64,000 nt of DNA from Candidatus Nomurabacteria bacterium (GCA_037130925.1 JBAXSC010000002.1:25185-89184), one strand, 5' to 3'; positions 1-9,629 are shown, numbered from the stretch's first letter. The notes: a model not told the origin generated them from the sequence alone. Made by a program: numbers and translations.

Positions 1-1261
1 TACAAGCTGCTCTTATTTGAGATAAATAAGTACTATTTGCGCCAAGGTCAGAAAGATAAATAGATGATGCCATAATAGAATCTCTAGCATTCCAAGGGTT
101 AGAAGACCCTGTAGCTGCACGTATTCTAGAGGCTACAGTTTGCCATGTAGAAGGTATAAACTGTGCAGGCCCCATTGCTCCACCATACCCTCCAGCAGAT
201 GGTATAGGACAAGAAACGACTGTTTTAAGAGGATCCATACCATAAGATGACGTAATAGAAATAAATGGTGAAATATCTCTGCCTGGCTTCATAACATTTG
301 AATAAGTAGTATTTGTCTTCATGTTATATCCAGCACCTGATGTAAGATCAGAAAGATAACATTTACCAACATTTACTCCAAGAGCTGACTCTTGAGTAAG
401 AATAGCCAGAACAAATGCTGCCGGTGTACCTGTTACAGATTCTGCCGACTTAGCATAATTTAAAGCGTCGCCAAATTGTATAGCAGCTGTACTACCTCCA
501 GCAAAATTAAAGAGTGCAGCTCTAATCTGTGCAGCTTTAGTCTGTTTATCAGCTAACTGTTTTTTATAAATTGCCTCTTGTCCTTTTGTTTGTTTTAACA
601 GATCATTTTTTTGACTTTGAGCCTGAGAGATCTGATTCTGTTCTTGTGTTTGTTGGTTTTTTAAGGCAACTTGAGAATCTTTATTTTCTTGTAAACTATC
701 TTTTACTTGAGTAACTTCATCTGTTATATTTTTAACTTTTGTCACATTTTGATTAATAGCATTTTGAAGAGCTGTAATCTTATCTGCTTCAGCAAAATAA
801 TCAGATAAAGTTTTTCCATTTAAAACCAAATTAACAAAACTATTCATTCCATCAAAAGAATTCACTTTACGAAGAGCGTCAGCTAAAGCCGCCTTCTGTC
901 TTCCTAATTTACTATTTAAATCATCGAGCTGAACATTCTTATCAGATATTTGATTACTCAATGAAGAAATATTATTACTAATTTTTTTTATTTGCAATTT
1001 CTTTGTATTTATTTGTGACTGGAGAAGAGAAATATCCCTAGAAAGAGAAGCTCCTTGGGCTTGCGTTGTAGCAATGACTTGTTGTTGAGCCGCAATTTGT
1101 TTTTCCAAATCATCGAGCTGTGCTTGAAGCTGAGCTCTAGTATTTTGATCTGCAGATTGTGCAAAAGAAGTATTTATTTTTACAGAAAAAGTAAATACAA
1201 AAAAAGCCAAAATAAAAAAAGAGAGTACAAAAAATCTCTGAGAATAATTAGCAAATTTCAT
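1..1261 (-). CDS. Secreted coiled-coil protein with a C-terminal lytic-transglycosylase (SLT/MltB-like) domain. Partial: the 3' end runs off the left edge of the window.
   Basis: ATG at 1261 opens a minus-strand frame that stays open to position 2. The N-terminus MKFANYSQRFFVLSFFILAFFVFTF looks like a signal peptide or anchor. A long Q/L/K-rich heptad-like region follows. Then come AFVLAILTQESALG (catalytic E-S motif) and YGGAMGPAQFIPSTW, typical of SLT_2/MltB-like transglycosylases. The ORF is missing from the ORF track because it has no stop inside the window. Confidence 0.6.
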   Translation of the reverse strand, partial: MKFANYSQRFFVLSFFILAFFVFTFSVKINTSFAQSADQNTRAQLQAQLDDLEKQIAAQQQVIATTQAQGASLSRDISLLQSQINTKKLQIKKISNNISSLSNQISDKNVQLDDLNSKLGRQKAALADALRKVNSFDGMNSFVNLVLNGKTLSDYFAEADKITALQNAINQNVTKVKNITDEVTQVKDSLQENKDSQVALKNQQTQEQNQISQAQSQKNDLLKQTKGQEAIYKKQLADKQTKAAQIRAALFNFAGGSTAAIQFGDALNYAKSAESVTGTPAAFVLAILTQESALGVNVGKCYLSDLTSGAGYNMKTNTTYSNVMKPGRDISPFISITSSYGMDPLKTVVSCPIPSAGGYGGAMGPAQFIPSTWQTVASRIRAATGSSNPWNARDSIMASSIYLSDLGANSTYLSQIRAAC

Positions 1262-1316
1262 ATTTATATTTTAACATAGAAATTATATCTCTTTAAAAGT
1301 TCTTAACAAAAAAAAT

Positions 1317-1339
1317 AAAAAGCATTTTTAATGCTTTTT
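1317..1339 (-). terminator. Intrinsic terminator downstream of rplY
   Basis: Hairpin AAAAAGCAT/ATGCTTTTT with a 5-nt loop, flanked by A/T runs on both sides. Confidence 0.6.
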
Positions 1340-1364
1340 ATTTTTAAATTCTAGATTTTAAAGA

Positions 1365-1988
1365 TTATTCTTCAATAGCTTCATCTTCTTTCTTTCCTTT
1401 CTCCGCTACTTCAATAGTTGAAATGTCGGCTTCGATTGGCGCTGAAAGATCTTCTTCTTTTGCTACAGCAATTGAGGCAATAATTTCATCTCCATCAACA
1501 TGGTATAACTCTACACCTTTTCCAAGAACTAAATCTTGAACACGAATAACTGAATCAAGAGTTGAAAGTGCTGAGATATCTACATTAATTGAGTGAGGTA
1601 AGTTTGTCGCATCAGCCTCAACATTTAATTCATGCATAACTTTTACTAAAGTTCCTCCTAATGATTTAACAGCTTCTGACTCACCGATGAATTCAAGTGG
1701 TACATGAGCATCAATCTTTGCTCCCTTTTCAATAACATAAAAATCAACATGAATAGGAGTATTTTTAACAGCTTCGTATGCAACTTCTTGAACAAGAGCT
1801 TGTAATTTCTTTCCTTCTCCAGCCAATTCAATAACTGATGATTCTCCAGCTTCACGATAAACTTTTTTAAAATCTATAGCGTTGATAAAGATAGAAGTTG
1901 AACCAGCTTTTGCGCCATAAAAAATAGCTTTAAGCATTCCTTCTTTTTCCTCTCCTTTGTTTCTTGGTGTAAAATTAAGTGATAACAT
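1365..1988 (-). CDS. rplY: 50S ribosomal protein L25 / general stress protein Ctc
   Basis: The 207-aa translation shows the L25/Ctc pattern: LKAIFYGAKAG...IHVDFYVI...VPLEFIGESEAVK..GGTLV, with an acidic C-terminal tail. Confidence 0.85.
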   Translation of the reverse strand: MLSLNFTPRNKGEEKEGMLKAIFYGAKAGSTSIFINAIDFKKVYREAGESSVIELAGEGKKLQALVQEVAYEAVKNTPIHVDFYVIEKGAKIDAHVPLEFIGESEAVKSLGGTLVKVMHELNVEADATNLPHSINVDISALSTLDSVIRVQDLVLGKGVELYHVDGDEIIASIAVAKEEDLSAPIEADISTIEVAEKGKKEDEAIEE

Positions 1989-1993
1989 ATTTT

Positions 1994-2149
1994 TTACTTC
2001 TTAGACTCCTTAAACATGACATGCTTTCTTAATTTTTTATCAAATTTTTTAAGCTCTATCTTGCGAGTTACTTGTTTTTTATTCTTTCTTGTGTAATAAG
2101 CTTCACCTGTGGCTTTATTGGTGATCTTGATTAATTTATCTTGAGACAT
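1994..2149 (-). CDS. rpmG: 50S ribosomal protein L33
   Basis: 51-aa ORF below the track cutoff: MSQDKLIKITNKATGEAYYTRKNKKQVTRKIELKKFDKKLRKHVMFKESKK. This is a typical L33 pattern. A TTGCAA-17-TATATT promoter lies just upstream. Confidence 0.85.
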   Translation of the reverse strand: MSQDKLIKITNKATGEAYYTRKNKKQVTRKIELKKFDKKLRKHVMFKESKK

Positions 2150-2210
2150 AAATTTCTTTTAAATGATTAGCAAAATATACTATATTTTCTAAATAATTGC
2201 AAATTTTTAG

Positions 2211-3350
2211 TTAAATTAAGTATTTATTATCTTTTGTTTCTGATTTTGGTTCTGGTAAATGATCAGCATGTTTGAATTTAATTAAATTAAACCCTTTAGA
2301 ACTCATAAAATGGGCATATTGTGCATGTCCCCAACTTAATTGCATTACTTCGTCTGAATTTATAAATATAGGAATTCTTGGGTAAGACATATCAAGATTA
2401 AAATAGGTGGATACAAATTCTGGAAATTGTCCATATAAAGATCTAGAAAATCTTTCTTCTAACCAATCCACCCCTCCTTTTCTTTCAATAAAATCAGGAC
2501 TTCTATTAATAGTCATAACCCCTTTATTAATATCATTTAATTTTTTATCTATATCATATGTTTTTTTAATATATTCAGAAAATAATTTATCTTTTAATGA
2601 AAAATTAAACTTTACCTTATTAGAAAATAAATCAAGTACACCATATTCATCTGGTCTAGCAACAACATTTAAACCTTTATTGACAGCACATAAAAATACA
2701 TCTTTATTATCCCTATACTCGTGTATTTTATAGGGAGGAATTTTTTCTATAAATCTATAATTATTTTTATCTATAACAAAAAAAGTTGAACCAAATCTTT
2801 CTTGATCATAATGAGTTGCATGACTAAATAATGCATGACTTGCATCATATTCATATTCTAATTCAGCAGAAACATTTTTATCAATTAAATCTTTTGCAGA
2901 ATCTAATGAGAAAATCTTTTGTAAGAATAATTTATCTTCTACAAATTGTTTATTATATTGTCTTACATAACTCTCTGGTGCATAACCACCCATTACATGA
3001 GTTAAAAAAAGATACATATCATATTCTTCACCACTAAGTTTACTTAAAATATCTTCTTCCCATTTATAAAGTAAACTTATTCTTGTTGCTTCGTCATCAT
3101 CTTTATGTATTTCTTTATAATTTTCATAAGACTTTTTTAAAACATCTTCTTTTAGTATCATTCTCTCATATCCAATAATTCCAGTTTCTTTTTGAATATA
3201 TCCAGGATATTCAAAATTTTCTTTTGTATATTCTAAAGGAATACCATCTATTTCTATAGTATGAATTTCTTTTTTATTTTCTTTAGAATTTTCTTTTTCA
3301 GAATTTTCAGTATTTGGACTTCTTTGTAATTTAGGATCTGAATTAAGCAT
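2211..3350 (-). CDS. Hypothetical protein (379 aa) with an N-terminal PKLQRSP motif
   Basis: A long ORF in a stop-rich AT background. An extended -10 (TGATATAAT, 3375..3383) lies upstream. I recognise no family. Confidence 0.6.
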   Translation of the reverse strand: MLNSDPKLQRSPNTENSEKENSKENKKEIHTIEIDGIPLEYTKENFEYPGYIQKETGIIGYERMILKEDVLKKSYENYKEIHKDDDEATRISLLYKWEEDILSKLSGEEYDMYLFLTHVMGGYAPESYVRQYNKQFVEDKLFLQKIFSLDSAKDLIDKNVSAELEYEYDASHALFSHATHYDQERFGSTFFVIDKNNYRFIEKIPPYKIHEYRDNKDVFLCAVNKGLNVVARPDEYGVLDLFSNKVKFNFSLKDKLFSEYIKKTYDIDKKLNDINKGVMTINRSPDFIERKGGVDWLEERFSRSLYGQFPEFVSTYFNLDMSYPRIPIFINSDEVMQLSWGHAQYAHFMSSKGFNLIKFKHADHLPEPKSETKDNKYLI

Positions 3351-3511
3351 ATGTGTAAATTTATTTATAAGTAAATTATATCAAAGTTTCGTTAGAAATA
3401 AAGCATTATTAAAAAATAAAAGATTTTTATATAAATTTTGTCAATATTTATATAAAAAAGTTATATATTATAATTATATTAATTAATAATAAAATATTTA
3501 TATATAAAAAT

Positions 3512-4699
3512 ATGGAAATGATGCCTAAAATAAATCGTTCACCAGATGTTAATGATTCAAAATCTAGTAATGATCTTGAAAGTAAAGAAAAAATTAATAA
3601 TTCAGTATATGTTATTTATCGTGATAATAATCTTTACCAAACATTAATACCAAAAATAGTAGAAAATTTAGAAAAAGTTGGAAAAAAAGTTATTCAACGC
3701 TCTTTTCCTGCTGGAACACCAGAAGAAGAAATTAAAAAATATTTTGAAGATGAGAAAGTAAAAGACTCTTTAAAAAATACTGAACTTTTAAGTGATAATA
3801 CTTGTTATAAAAATTTACCAGGAGGATACGAATTTTATTCAGAAAATAATACAAAAAAAAGTTTAGGTATACTAGATGAATTGTCTAAGGAAATAATAAA
3901 AGAATCTTTAATTGGTAAACCTAGATTTGAACTTTCTGACACAGAAATGAAAGAAAAAGAAAATAAATTAGAAGTATCCTCTGAAATGAATGTCGTTAAA
4001 AATATACTTAAAAGCATTCTTGAAAAAAAAGGAGAGCCGGAACGGTTATATATTGTAGAAGATAAAATTAGTGATCATGGATTTAAAAATAAACTTTTTA
4101 ATATAACAAAACAAAATTTCCTTAAAAGTATTTTTTTTAAAGAAAAGTATGGAGAAGAATTAATAAAGATAGATAGTAATAATAGTTTATCTTGGGGAGA
4201 TAAAGAAAAAAACAAATTTAAATTATTAGAAGACGTATCAAAGTCATTTAATTCTCAAGAGTTAGAAAGATTAATAAAAAATGACATTTTGTTTAATCAG
4301 ACTGTAGAATTAGGATTTAATGAAAATGAATTAGTTAATAAAATTGAATCTGTATTAAAAGGAGAAATGGATGATAAGGAGATTATTAAAATATGGAATA
4401 AATTTATTGCAAATAAGTTGAAAGATAATATTAAAGATTTGATTAATGAAGAGAAAATAAAAATAGTTCCAAATGCTTATGATGTAGAAAAAGGAGATGA
4501 AAATTATGTACTTGTTGATGGTCATGCTAAATATGACTATACACTACAAAAACAAATCTTATCAAATAAGGTGATTATTCCAAATACTCCAACAGAATTA
4601 ATTGACTGGGCTATATCTAATGAAATTTTAGATGTAAATTTTGATATTGATGAAGTTATCAAATCAAAAATCGAAGCAGTATTTAAAAAAGAAGAATAA
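3512..4699 (+). CDS. Hypothetical protein (395 aa) with an N-terminal PKINRSP motif
   Basis: Long ORF, divergent from 2211..3350. I recognise no family. Confidence 0.6.
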   Translation: MEMMPKINRSPDVNDSKSSNDLESKEKINNSVYVIYRDNNLYQTLIPKIVENLEKVGKKVIQRSFPAGTPEEEIKKYFEDEKVKDSLKNTELLSDNTCYKNLPGGYEFYSENNTKKSLGILDELSKEIIKESLIGKPRFELSDTEMKEKENKLEVSSEMNVVKNILKSILEKKGEPERLYIVEDKISDHGFKNKLFNITKQNFLKSIFFKEKYGEELIKIDSNNSLSWGDKEKNKFKLLEDVSKSFNSQELERLIKNDILFNQTVELGFNENELVNKIESVLKGEMDDKEIIKIWNKFIANKLKDNIKDLINEEKIKIVPNAYDVEKGDENYVLVDGHAKYDYTLQKQILSNKVIIPNTPTELIDWAISNEILDVNFDIDEVIKSKIEAVFKKEE

Positions 4700-4738
4700 T
4701 TAAATATTATTAGAAACAAATAATATTTATTTACATTC

Positions 4739-6220
4739 TTAAAAATCCAATTTTTCTTCTAAATACTTTTTTAAATCGACTATTTTAATTCTTTCTTGCT
4801 CCATAGTATCTCTATCTCTGACTGTCACAGACTCATCATTAATACTGTCATAATCAAAAGTCACACAATATGGAGTTCCTATTTCATCTTGTCTTCTATA
4901 TCTTTTTCCAATTGATCCAGAAATATCAAATTCACAGAAATATCTTTTTGATAAATCTTGCCAGATCTTTCTAGTTGGTACTGATAATTCTTCTTTTTTA
5001 AATAATGGAAGAATTGCAACTTTTACAGGAGAAAGTCTTTTGTCTAATTTCAAAACTATTCTCTCTTCCCCTTCTTTAACTATTTCTTTTGTATAAGCAT
5101 TATCGATAAATGCGAGCATTGATCTCGCAACACCAGCTGATGTCTCTACGATATGAGGAATAAATCTCTCACGAGTCGCTTCATCAAAATATGATAAATC
5201 TTTTCCTGAGAATTTAGAATGTTGAGAAAGATCCCAATCACCTCTTTGGTGAATACCTTCTATTTCTTTAAATCCATCACCGAGCATTTTATATTTATAT
5301 TCTATATCGTATGCATCACTAGCATAATGAGCCAATTTCTCATGTTTATACCATTTTAGACTTTCTTCTTTAATACCGTAATTTAAATAAAAATTAAATC
5401 TATAACTTTTCCAATCTTCAAAATAAATTTGAGCGGCAGATTGGGTTTGCTCCCCTATATTTTTAGGGGAGCTGTCTGTAATCAGACTGAGGGGTTCAGC
5501 TTTTGGATTAAAAAAATACTGCATTTCCATTTGTTCGAATTCACGAGTTCTAAATACAAATTGTTTTGTCACAATTTCATTACGAAAAGCTTTTCCGATC
5601 TGTGCAATACCAAAAGGAAGCTTTGGATGAAGTGAATCTAAAGTATTTTTGTATTCCAAATAAATTCCTCCACAAGTTTCTGGTCTCAAATAGACAACAT
5701 TTTCTTCTGATAAAGCATCTGTTGGAGAGCCAAGATTACTCTTTACCATGAGTGAGAAAACTCTCGCAGGAGTCAGATCTGCTGATCCACAACTTTCACA
5801 GACAAGTTTTTTTTCTTCTCTTAATTTATCTAAATTTGTATTTATAAATTCAAGACTTGCTTTATCAGCATTAATACCAAATTTTTCAAGTACATGATCA
5901 GCTCGCATTCTGTTTTTACATTTTCTACAATCAATCTGAGGATCATTAAATCCATCAACATGACCTGAAGCCTTCCAAGTCATCGGATGCATAAATATCC
6001 CAGAATCTAGAGAGACAACATCGTCTCTTTCCTGGATCATGCTTTTCATCCAAGCATTTTTAATATTTTGTAAAAGTAAATATCCATAATGACCATAATC
6101 ATATACTCCGCCCATTCCACCATAAATCTCGCTAGAAGGAAAAACAAATCCCCTACTTTTCAAGAAAGAAATTATTTCCTGCATTAAGCCGTCTTCTTTT
6201 TTAATATTTTTTTCTGACAT
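4739..6220 (-). CDS. glyQS: Glycine--tRNA ligase (class II, dimeric GlyQS type)
   Basis: 493 aa. Contains FVFPSSEIYGG..GVYDYGHYG, MTWKASGHVDGF, FRNEI and GIHQRGDWDL, which are characteristic GlyRS blocks. Confidence 0.95.
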   Translation of the reverse strand: MSEKNIKKEDGLMQEIISFLKSRGFVFPSSEIYGGMGGVYDYGHYGYLLLQNIKNAWMKSMIQERDDVVSLDSGIFMHPMTWKASGHVDGFNDPQIDCRKCKNRMRADHVLEKFGINADKASLEFINTNLDKLREEKKLVCESCGSADLTPARVFSLMVKSNLGSPTDALSEENVVYLRPETCGGIYLEYKNTLDSLHPKLPFGIAQIGKAFRNEIVTKQFVFRTREFEQMEMQYFFNPKAEPLSLITDSSPKNIGEQTQSAAQIYFEDWKSYRFNFYLNYGIKEESLKWYKHEKLAHYASDAYDIEYKYKMLGDGFKEIEGIHQRGDWDLSQHSKFSGKDLSYFDEATRERFIPHIVETSAGVARSMLAFIDNAYTKEIVKEGEERIVLKLDKRLSPVKVAILPLFKKEELSVPTRKIWQDLSKRYFCEFDISGSIGKRYRRQDEIGTPYCVTFDYDSINDESVTVRDRDTMEQERIKIVDLKKYLEEKLDF

Positions 6221-6228
6221 GTTTTTAT

Positions 6229-6477
6229 TTAATTAAAAAGACCAGTAATAAAAGTATATACAGATCCAGCAGAATATATGATTACGAGACCAATCAGGCC
6301 CCAGAGCATATGCTTCTTACCTTTTGCAATTTCATCATCTGTACCATTATGTTTTGCTAATATAAACATAAATACTCCATATAAAAAGTATACAAAACAA
6401 GCTGCTGAAAAAGCGTATAATATAGGATTTACAATATTATCAAACAGACTACCATAAATTTTGTCTAAAGCTTGCAT
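6229..6477 (-). CDS. Small two-TM hairpin protein, TrbC/VirB2-like (T4SS-pilin-like) module (paralogue P1)
   Basis: 82 aa. Sequence FVYFLYGVFMFILAKHNGTDDEIAKGKKHMLWGLIGLVIIYSAGSVYTF shares the hairpin motif with 6582, 8273, 9630 and 10752. A TGCTATAAT promoter lies at 6501..6509. Confidence 0.6.
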   Translation of the reverse strand: MQALDKIYGSLFDNIVNPILYAFSAACFVYFLYGVFMFILAKHNGTDDEIAKGKKHMLWGLIGLVIIYSAGSVYTFITGLFN

Positions 6478-6525
6478 AATTTTATTTATTTTATAAAAAA
6501 ATTATAGCATGATAAAAATAAAAAT

Positions 6526-6553
6526 AAAATACTCAATATAAATTGAGTATTTT
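6526..6553. terminator. Intrinsic terminator (perfect 12-bp hairpin) downstream of 6582..7106
   Basis: AAAATACTCAAT-ATAA-ATTGAGTATTTT. Confidence 0.7.
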
Positions 6554-6581
6554 ATTTAAAATAATCTTTACAAATTAATTT

Positions 6582-7106
6582 TTATTGAGGAAGCTGTACT
6601 GCCTGAACAGTTACATTTGAATTAACTCCGATAGCATCACCAAAGAATGCTAAGATTCCCCATAATGCGACCATAATAAAAATAGCTAAAAGAGAAAACA
6701 TTAATCCTTTTGTGGCTGTCGCTCTTGCCGCTGGCTCATTCTTATCAAGAATCAAGTATTTAATTAAGAACCAGAAGAATGCTACTACAGCAAAACCTGT
6801 TAATATTGGAGGAAGCATTCTAACAATACCTCCTATCTGAGCCAACAAAGTTTGAATAAATGAAAGATCGGCTGTATTTTGTTGTCTAGCTACATTTTGA
6901 CCCTGTATAACTCCTCCTCCGACTGTACGAGTTCCTCCAACTGCAGTACCATTTGTAGTACCTACACCAACCCCTACTCCTACAGCAGTACCACCTACTG
7001 ATCCATTAACACTCACACTACCACCATTAACACTTACCTGTGCAGTTGCTAAACTTACAGATAAAATTAATGTTGAAATCATTAAAGCTCCGAAATATTT
7101 TTTCAT
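6582..7106 (-). CDS. Secreted Gly/Val-rich protein with a C-terminal two-TM pilin-like hairpin (paralogue P2)
   Basis: Signal peptide MKKYFGALMISTLILSVSLATAQ, followed by GVGVGVG/SVNG low-complexity sequence. Then FAVVAFFWFLIKYLILDKNEPAARATATKGLMFSLLAIFIMVALWGILAFFG. Confidence 0.6.
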   Translation of the reverse strand: MKKYFGALMISTLILSVSLATAQVSVNGGSVSVNGSVGGTAVGVGVGVGTTNGTAVGGTRTVGGGVIQGQNVARQQNTADLSFIQTLLAQIGGIVRMLPPILTGFAVVAFFWFLIKYLILDKNEPAARATATKGLMFSLLAIFIMVALWGILAFFGDAIGVNSNVTVQAVQLPQ

Positions 7107-7213
7107 ATTAATATATAAATTTTAAATAAAGTATTTTTTGTAAAGATTATCTGACTAAAATAACCATAAAATTATTATATCATTAATAAAAAAAAGGCAA
7201 ATGACTTATTCAC

Positions 7214-7242
7214 AATAAAAAATACCACCTTTTAGGTGGTAT
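7214..7242 (-). terminator. Intrinsic terminator after the small ORF 7268..7429
   Basis: On the minus strand: ATACCACCT-AAA-AGGTGGTAT followed by TTTTTTATT. Confidence 0.65.
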
Positions 7243-7267
7243 AGCATTAAAAATGCTAATTTATTTT

Positions 7268-7429
7268 TTAAAACATTTCATAGACCCATTTTAAACCTCT
7301 GATACCAGAAATAATTAATGTTCCTATAAAAACAATTCCGTCTATTAATAATAGAATGTTTGGTTTTTCTGTTTTAAAAATAACTAATACAATAAGACTT
7401 AATACTAGCAATACATAAACAATTTTCAT
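7268..7429 (-). CDS. Small membrane protein (53 aa)
   Basis: MKIVYVLLVLSLIVLVIFKTEKPNILLLIDGIVFIGTLIISGIRGLKWVYEMF. It sits between its own strong promoter (7480..7508) and a terminator (7214..7242). It is below the track length cutoff. Confidence 0.45.
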   Translation of the reverse strand: MKIVYVLLVLSLIVLVIFKTEKPNILLLIDGIVFIGTLIISGIRGLKWVYEMF

Positions 7430-7479
7430 TTTGAACGATTTAAATATTAATAATGATTTTATATTTATTTACCAAATAT

Positions 7480-7508
7480 AATATAGCATTATTTATATAA
7501 TTTGTCAA
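7480..7508 (-). promoter_or_regulatory. Sigma-70-type promoter TTGACA-17-TGCTATATT
   Basis: The minus strand reads TTGACAaattatataaataaTGCTATATT. It lies ~45 nt upstream of the 53-aa ORF. Confidence 0.6.
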
Positions 7509-7645
7509 TAGATAAATTAAATAAAAAAAAATAGCCGTTAATCGCCACATATTATATCTTTATGATATCGTCTGTGGTTAAATCACGACGATATATAAAA
7601 AATAAATATATGAAAATTAACGACTATTAAACATTTGCTAAACAA

Positions 7646-7924
7646 CTAGCTTTTCTTAAATAAAAATTTAAGAGCAAGAATTGCTAATACAAATGCATAA
7701 ACTTTGCTTGGAATTCTACTAAATATCCCCCAAACAATATTATAGCCTCTTGAAATGACGGCTGCTAATATGTTTTCAGCTCCATTGACTCCCTTATTAA
7801 TATAAGAGTCATAAAGGCCTGTGGAAATAACTAAGAAAAGGATTATTATTCCAGACACTACAAACATTGTAGCCAATCCATTTTCTTTAAGAAAATCCCA
7901 AGTACTGTCGTAAGTAGTTCTCAT
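7646..7924 (-). CDS. Small membrane protein (92 aa)
   Basis: Two or three predicted hydrophobic helices. It is tightly coupled (3-nt gap) to 7928..8155. Confidence 0.55.
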   Translation of the reverse strand: MRTTYDSTWDFLKENGLATMFVVSGIIILFLVISTGLYDSYINKGVNGAENILAAVISRGYNIVWGIFSRIPSKVYAFVLAILALKFLFKKS

Positions 7925-7927
7925 TGT

Positions 7928-8155
7928 TTAACTTTTAAATAAAGCTATTATTCCTAATGGCACAAGCAGCGCCAAAGAATAAAATATTAAAATAAAAACA
8001 ATTATAAAGGTATGGTTTCCACCAACCAGAGAACCTGCTATTGCATTTACGAATGGCTGACCGCAGAAAAAATCAATTGCCAGTCCTCCCCACACAATAG
8101 TTGTACATAATTTCGTTATAGGACCTACAGTATCCTTATCAAACGTTAAAGGCAT
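7928..8155 (-). CDS. Small membrane protein (75 aa)
   Basis: Hydrophobic helices. Preceded by the promoter plus GC-rich hairpin leader at 8156..8261. Confidence 0.55.
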   Translation of the reverse strand: MPLTFDKDTVGPITKLCTTIVWGGLAIDFFCGQPFVNAIAGSLVGGNHTFIIVFILIFYSLALLVPLGIIALFKS

Positions 8156-8182
8156 AATAAAAAAATTTATTTGTTATAACAA

Positions 8183-8222
8183 AACGTTCAAGAACCGGCT
8201 CGGCCGCGATACAAAGAACGTT
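8183..8222 (-). other. GC-rich nested hairpin in the leader or intergenic region
   Basis: AACGTTC...GAACGTT outer stem enclosing CGGC-CGA-GCCG. It is an isolated GC island in AT-rich DNA and is followed on the minus strand by TTTGTTAT. Confidence 0.5.
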
Positions 8223-8272
8223 AGATCTGAATATAGTATACACGAAACCAATTTTTTGTCAAGTCTTAAATA

Positions 8273-9625
8273 TTAATTACTTGTATCAGATATTAATACT
8301 ATATAAAGAAATGATCCGTCACTCAAATTAAACATAGCCTCTTTTATCGTTTTTTGAACAGGATAATTGTCTTTAAGAACATTTATGAAGTATCCATTTG
8401 CATCAGTTGTAGCATAATTTTTAGCTGTAACCTCATCAAGACTTTGTGAAATGTCTAAATATGATCTTGGAGTTAAAGAAGATTTAAATTCGAGATATTT
8501 AGATTTTATGTTTGAGTCTTTTTCAAACAAAGCGGTATAATTTTTTTCTTGTTGTTGCAAATAATTTACAGTATAAGAAGAAGGTATGACTGATGGAGTT
8601 GTTGGCGTCGATCCGCCTAAAGGCGTATTAGGTGTTACTGTATAATCAGTATAAGTAGTTGGAGGTGTAGCAGGAGGAGTTGTTTGTTGAGCAGAAAGAT
8701 TTGGCATAACTCCTACCCCTGATACAACTGAGTCTGGAATATACCCAGGAGCTACAGATACATCATTAGAAGGTGAAGAAGGTGCTACAGAAGAATCAAA
8801 ATCTTTTAACAATGCAACATAAACTATACTTTTATCAGCTAAAGTATATGCATGAGCTTCTTTATCTAAAATAACAGGCTCTGGAGTTGGATCTGGTAAC
8901 TGCATTTGGAAATAAGAAATAGCTGAAGAAGATGAAGTCTTTATGGCGTTAGTAAGAGTTTTATCTTGTGTAATATATAAATAAATATCATCTTGAGTAA
9001 CTTTTGCTGCGAGTCTGTCATAAGTAGCTTTTATAGTTGGATTCTGGGCAAATATAGTTTTAAATTTATTTTGCTGATCTTGCATATAATTCAAAGAAGT
9101 CGCATCTGAATTTACAACAGGAAGGACTTTATCAGGATTGGAAGTCGGAGGAGTAAAACCAGCTAATTTTGCCGCCGGATCAACAATCGGGTTTGTCTCT
9201 GGATTTTGAGAAGCTGCTTCCTTTGCAATACTAGAAGGAGTAAAAGATAATGGTTGAATTTTTATATTCCCGCCTTGTAATCCAAGAGTACTTTGAACAA
9301 AAGTAATAATACCCCAAGCCGTCACCATTACAAATAATGCTATAAGTCCCCAAAGCATAAATTCTTTTCCTTTTTCAAGACTTTTTAAATCCCCTTTATC
9401 AGCAACTCTTCCTATCAAAAACATAACAACACCATAAAAGAAAACTACAAAAGCTGCCGTCATTAAAACAGTACCTGCTGTAGTCAAAACATTATCTGTA
9501 AAACTTTGCCCTAATTTTTTAAGATTTTCTGTACCATCAGTTATTGCAAAAGTATTTACTTTTGCAATAGCTAAAAATATTATTAAAATTGACCAAGAAA
9601 TTTTTTTATAAGAATTTTTTATCAT
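8273..9625 (-). CDS. Secreted protein: N-terminal pilin-like two-TM hairpin plus a long Pro/Thr/Ser-rich extracellular region (paralogue P3)
   Basis: Signal/anchor sequence, then AAFVVFFYGVVMFLIGRVADKGDLKSLEKGKEFMLWGLIALFVMVTAWGIITF. About 330 aa with P/T/S-rich linkers follow. Confidence 0.65.
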   Translation of the reverse strand: MIKNSYKKISWSILIIFLAIAKVNTFAITDGTENLKKLGQSFTDNVLTTAGTVLMTAAFVVFFYGVVMFLIGRVADKGDLKSLEKGKEFMLWGLIALFVMVTAWGIITFVQSTLGLQGGNIKIQPLSFTPSSIAKEAASQNPETNPIVDPAAKLAGFTPPTSNPDKVLPVVNSDATSLNYMQDQQNKFKTIFAQNPTIKATYDRLAAKVTQDDIYLYITQDKTLTNAIKTSSSSAISYFQMQLPDPTPEPVILDKEAHAYTLADKSIVYVALLKDFDSSVAPSSPSNDVSVAPGYIPDSVVSGVGVMPNLSAQQTTPPATPPTTYTDYTVTPNTPLGGSTPTTPSVIPSSYTVNYLQQQEKNYTALFEKDSNIKSKYLEFKSSLTPRSYLDISQSLDEVTAKNYATTDANGYFINVLKDNYPVQKTIKEAMFNLSDGSFLYIVLISDTSN

Positions 9626-9629
9626 AATT

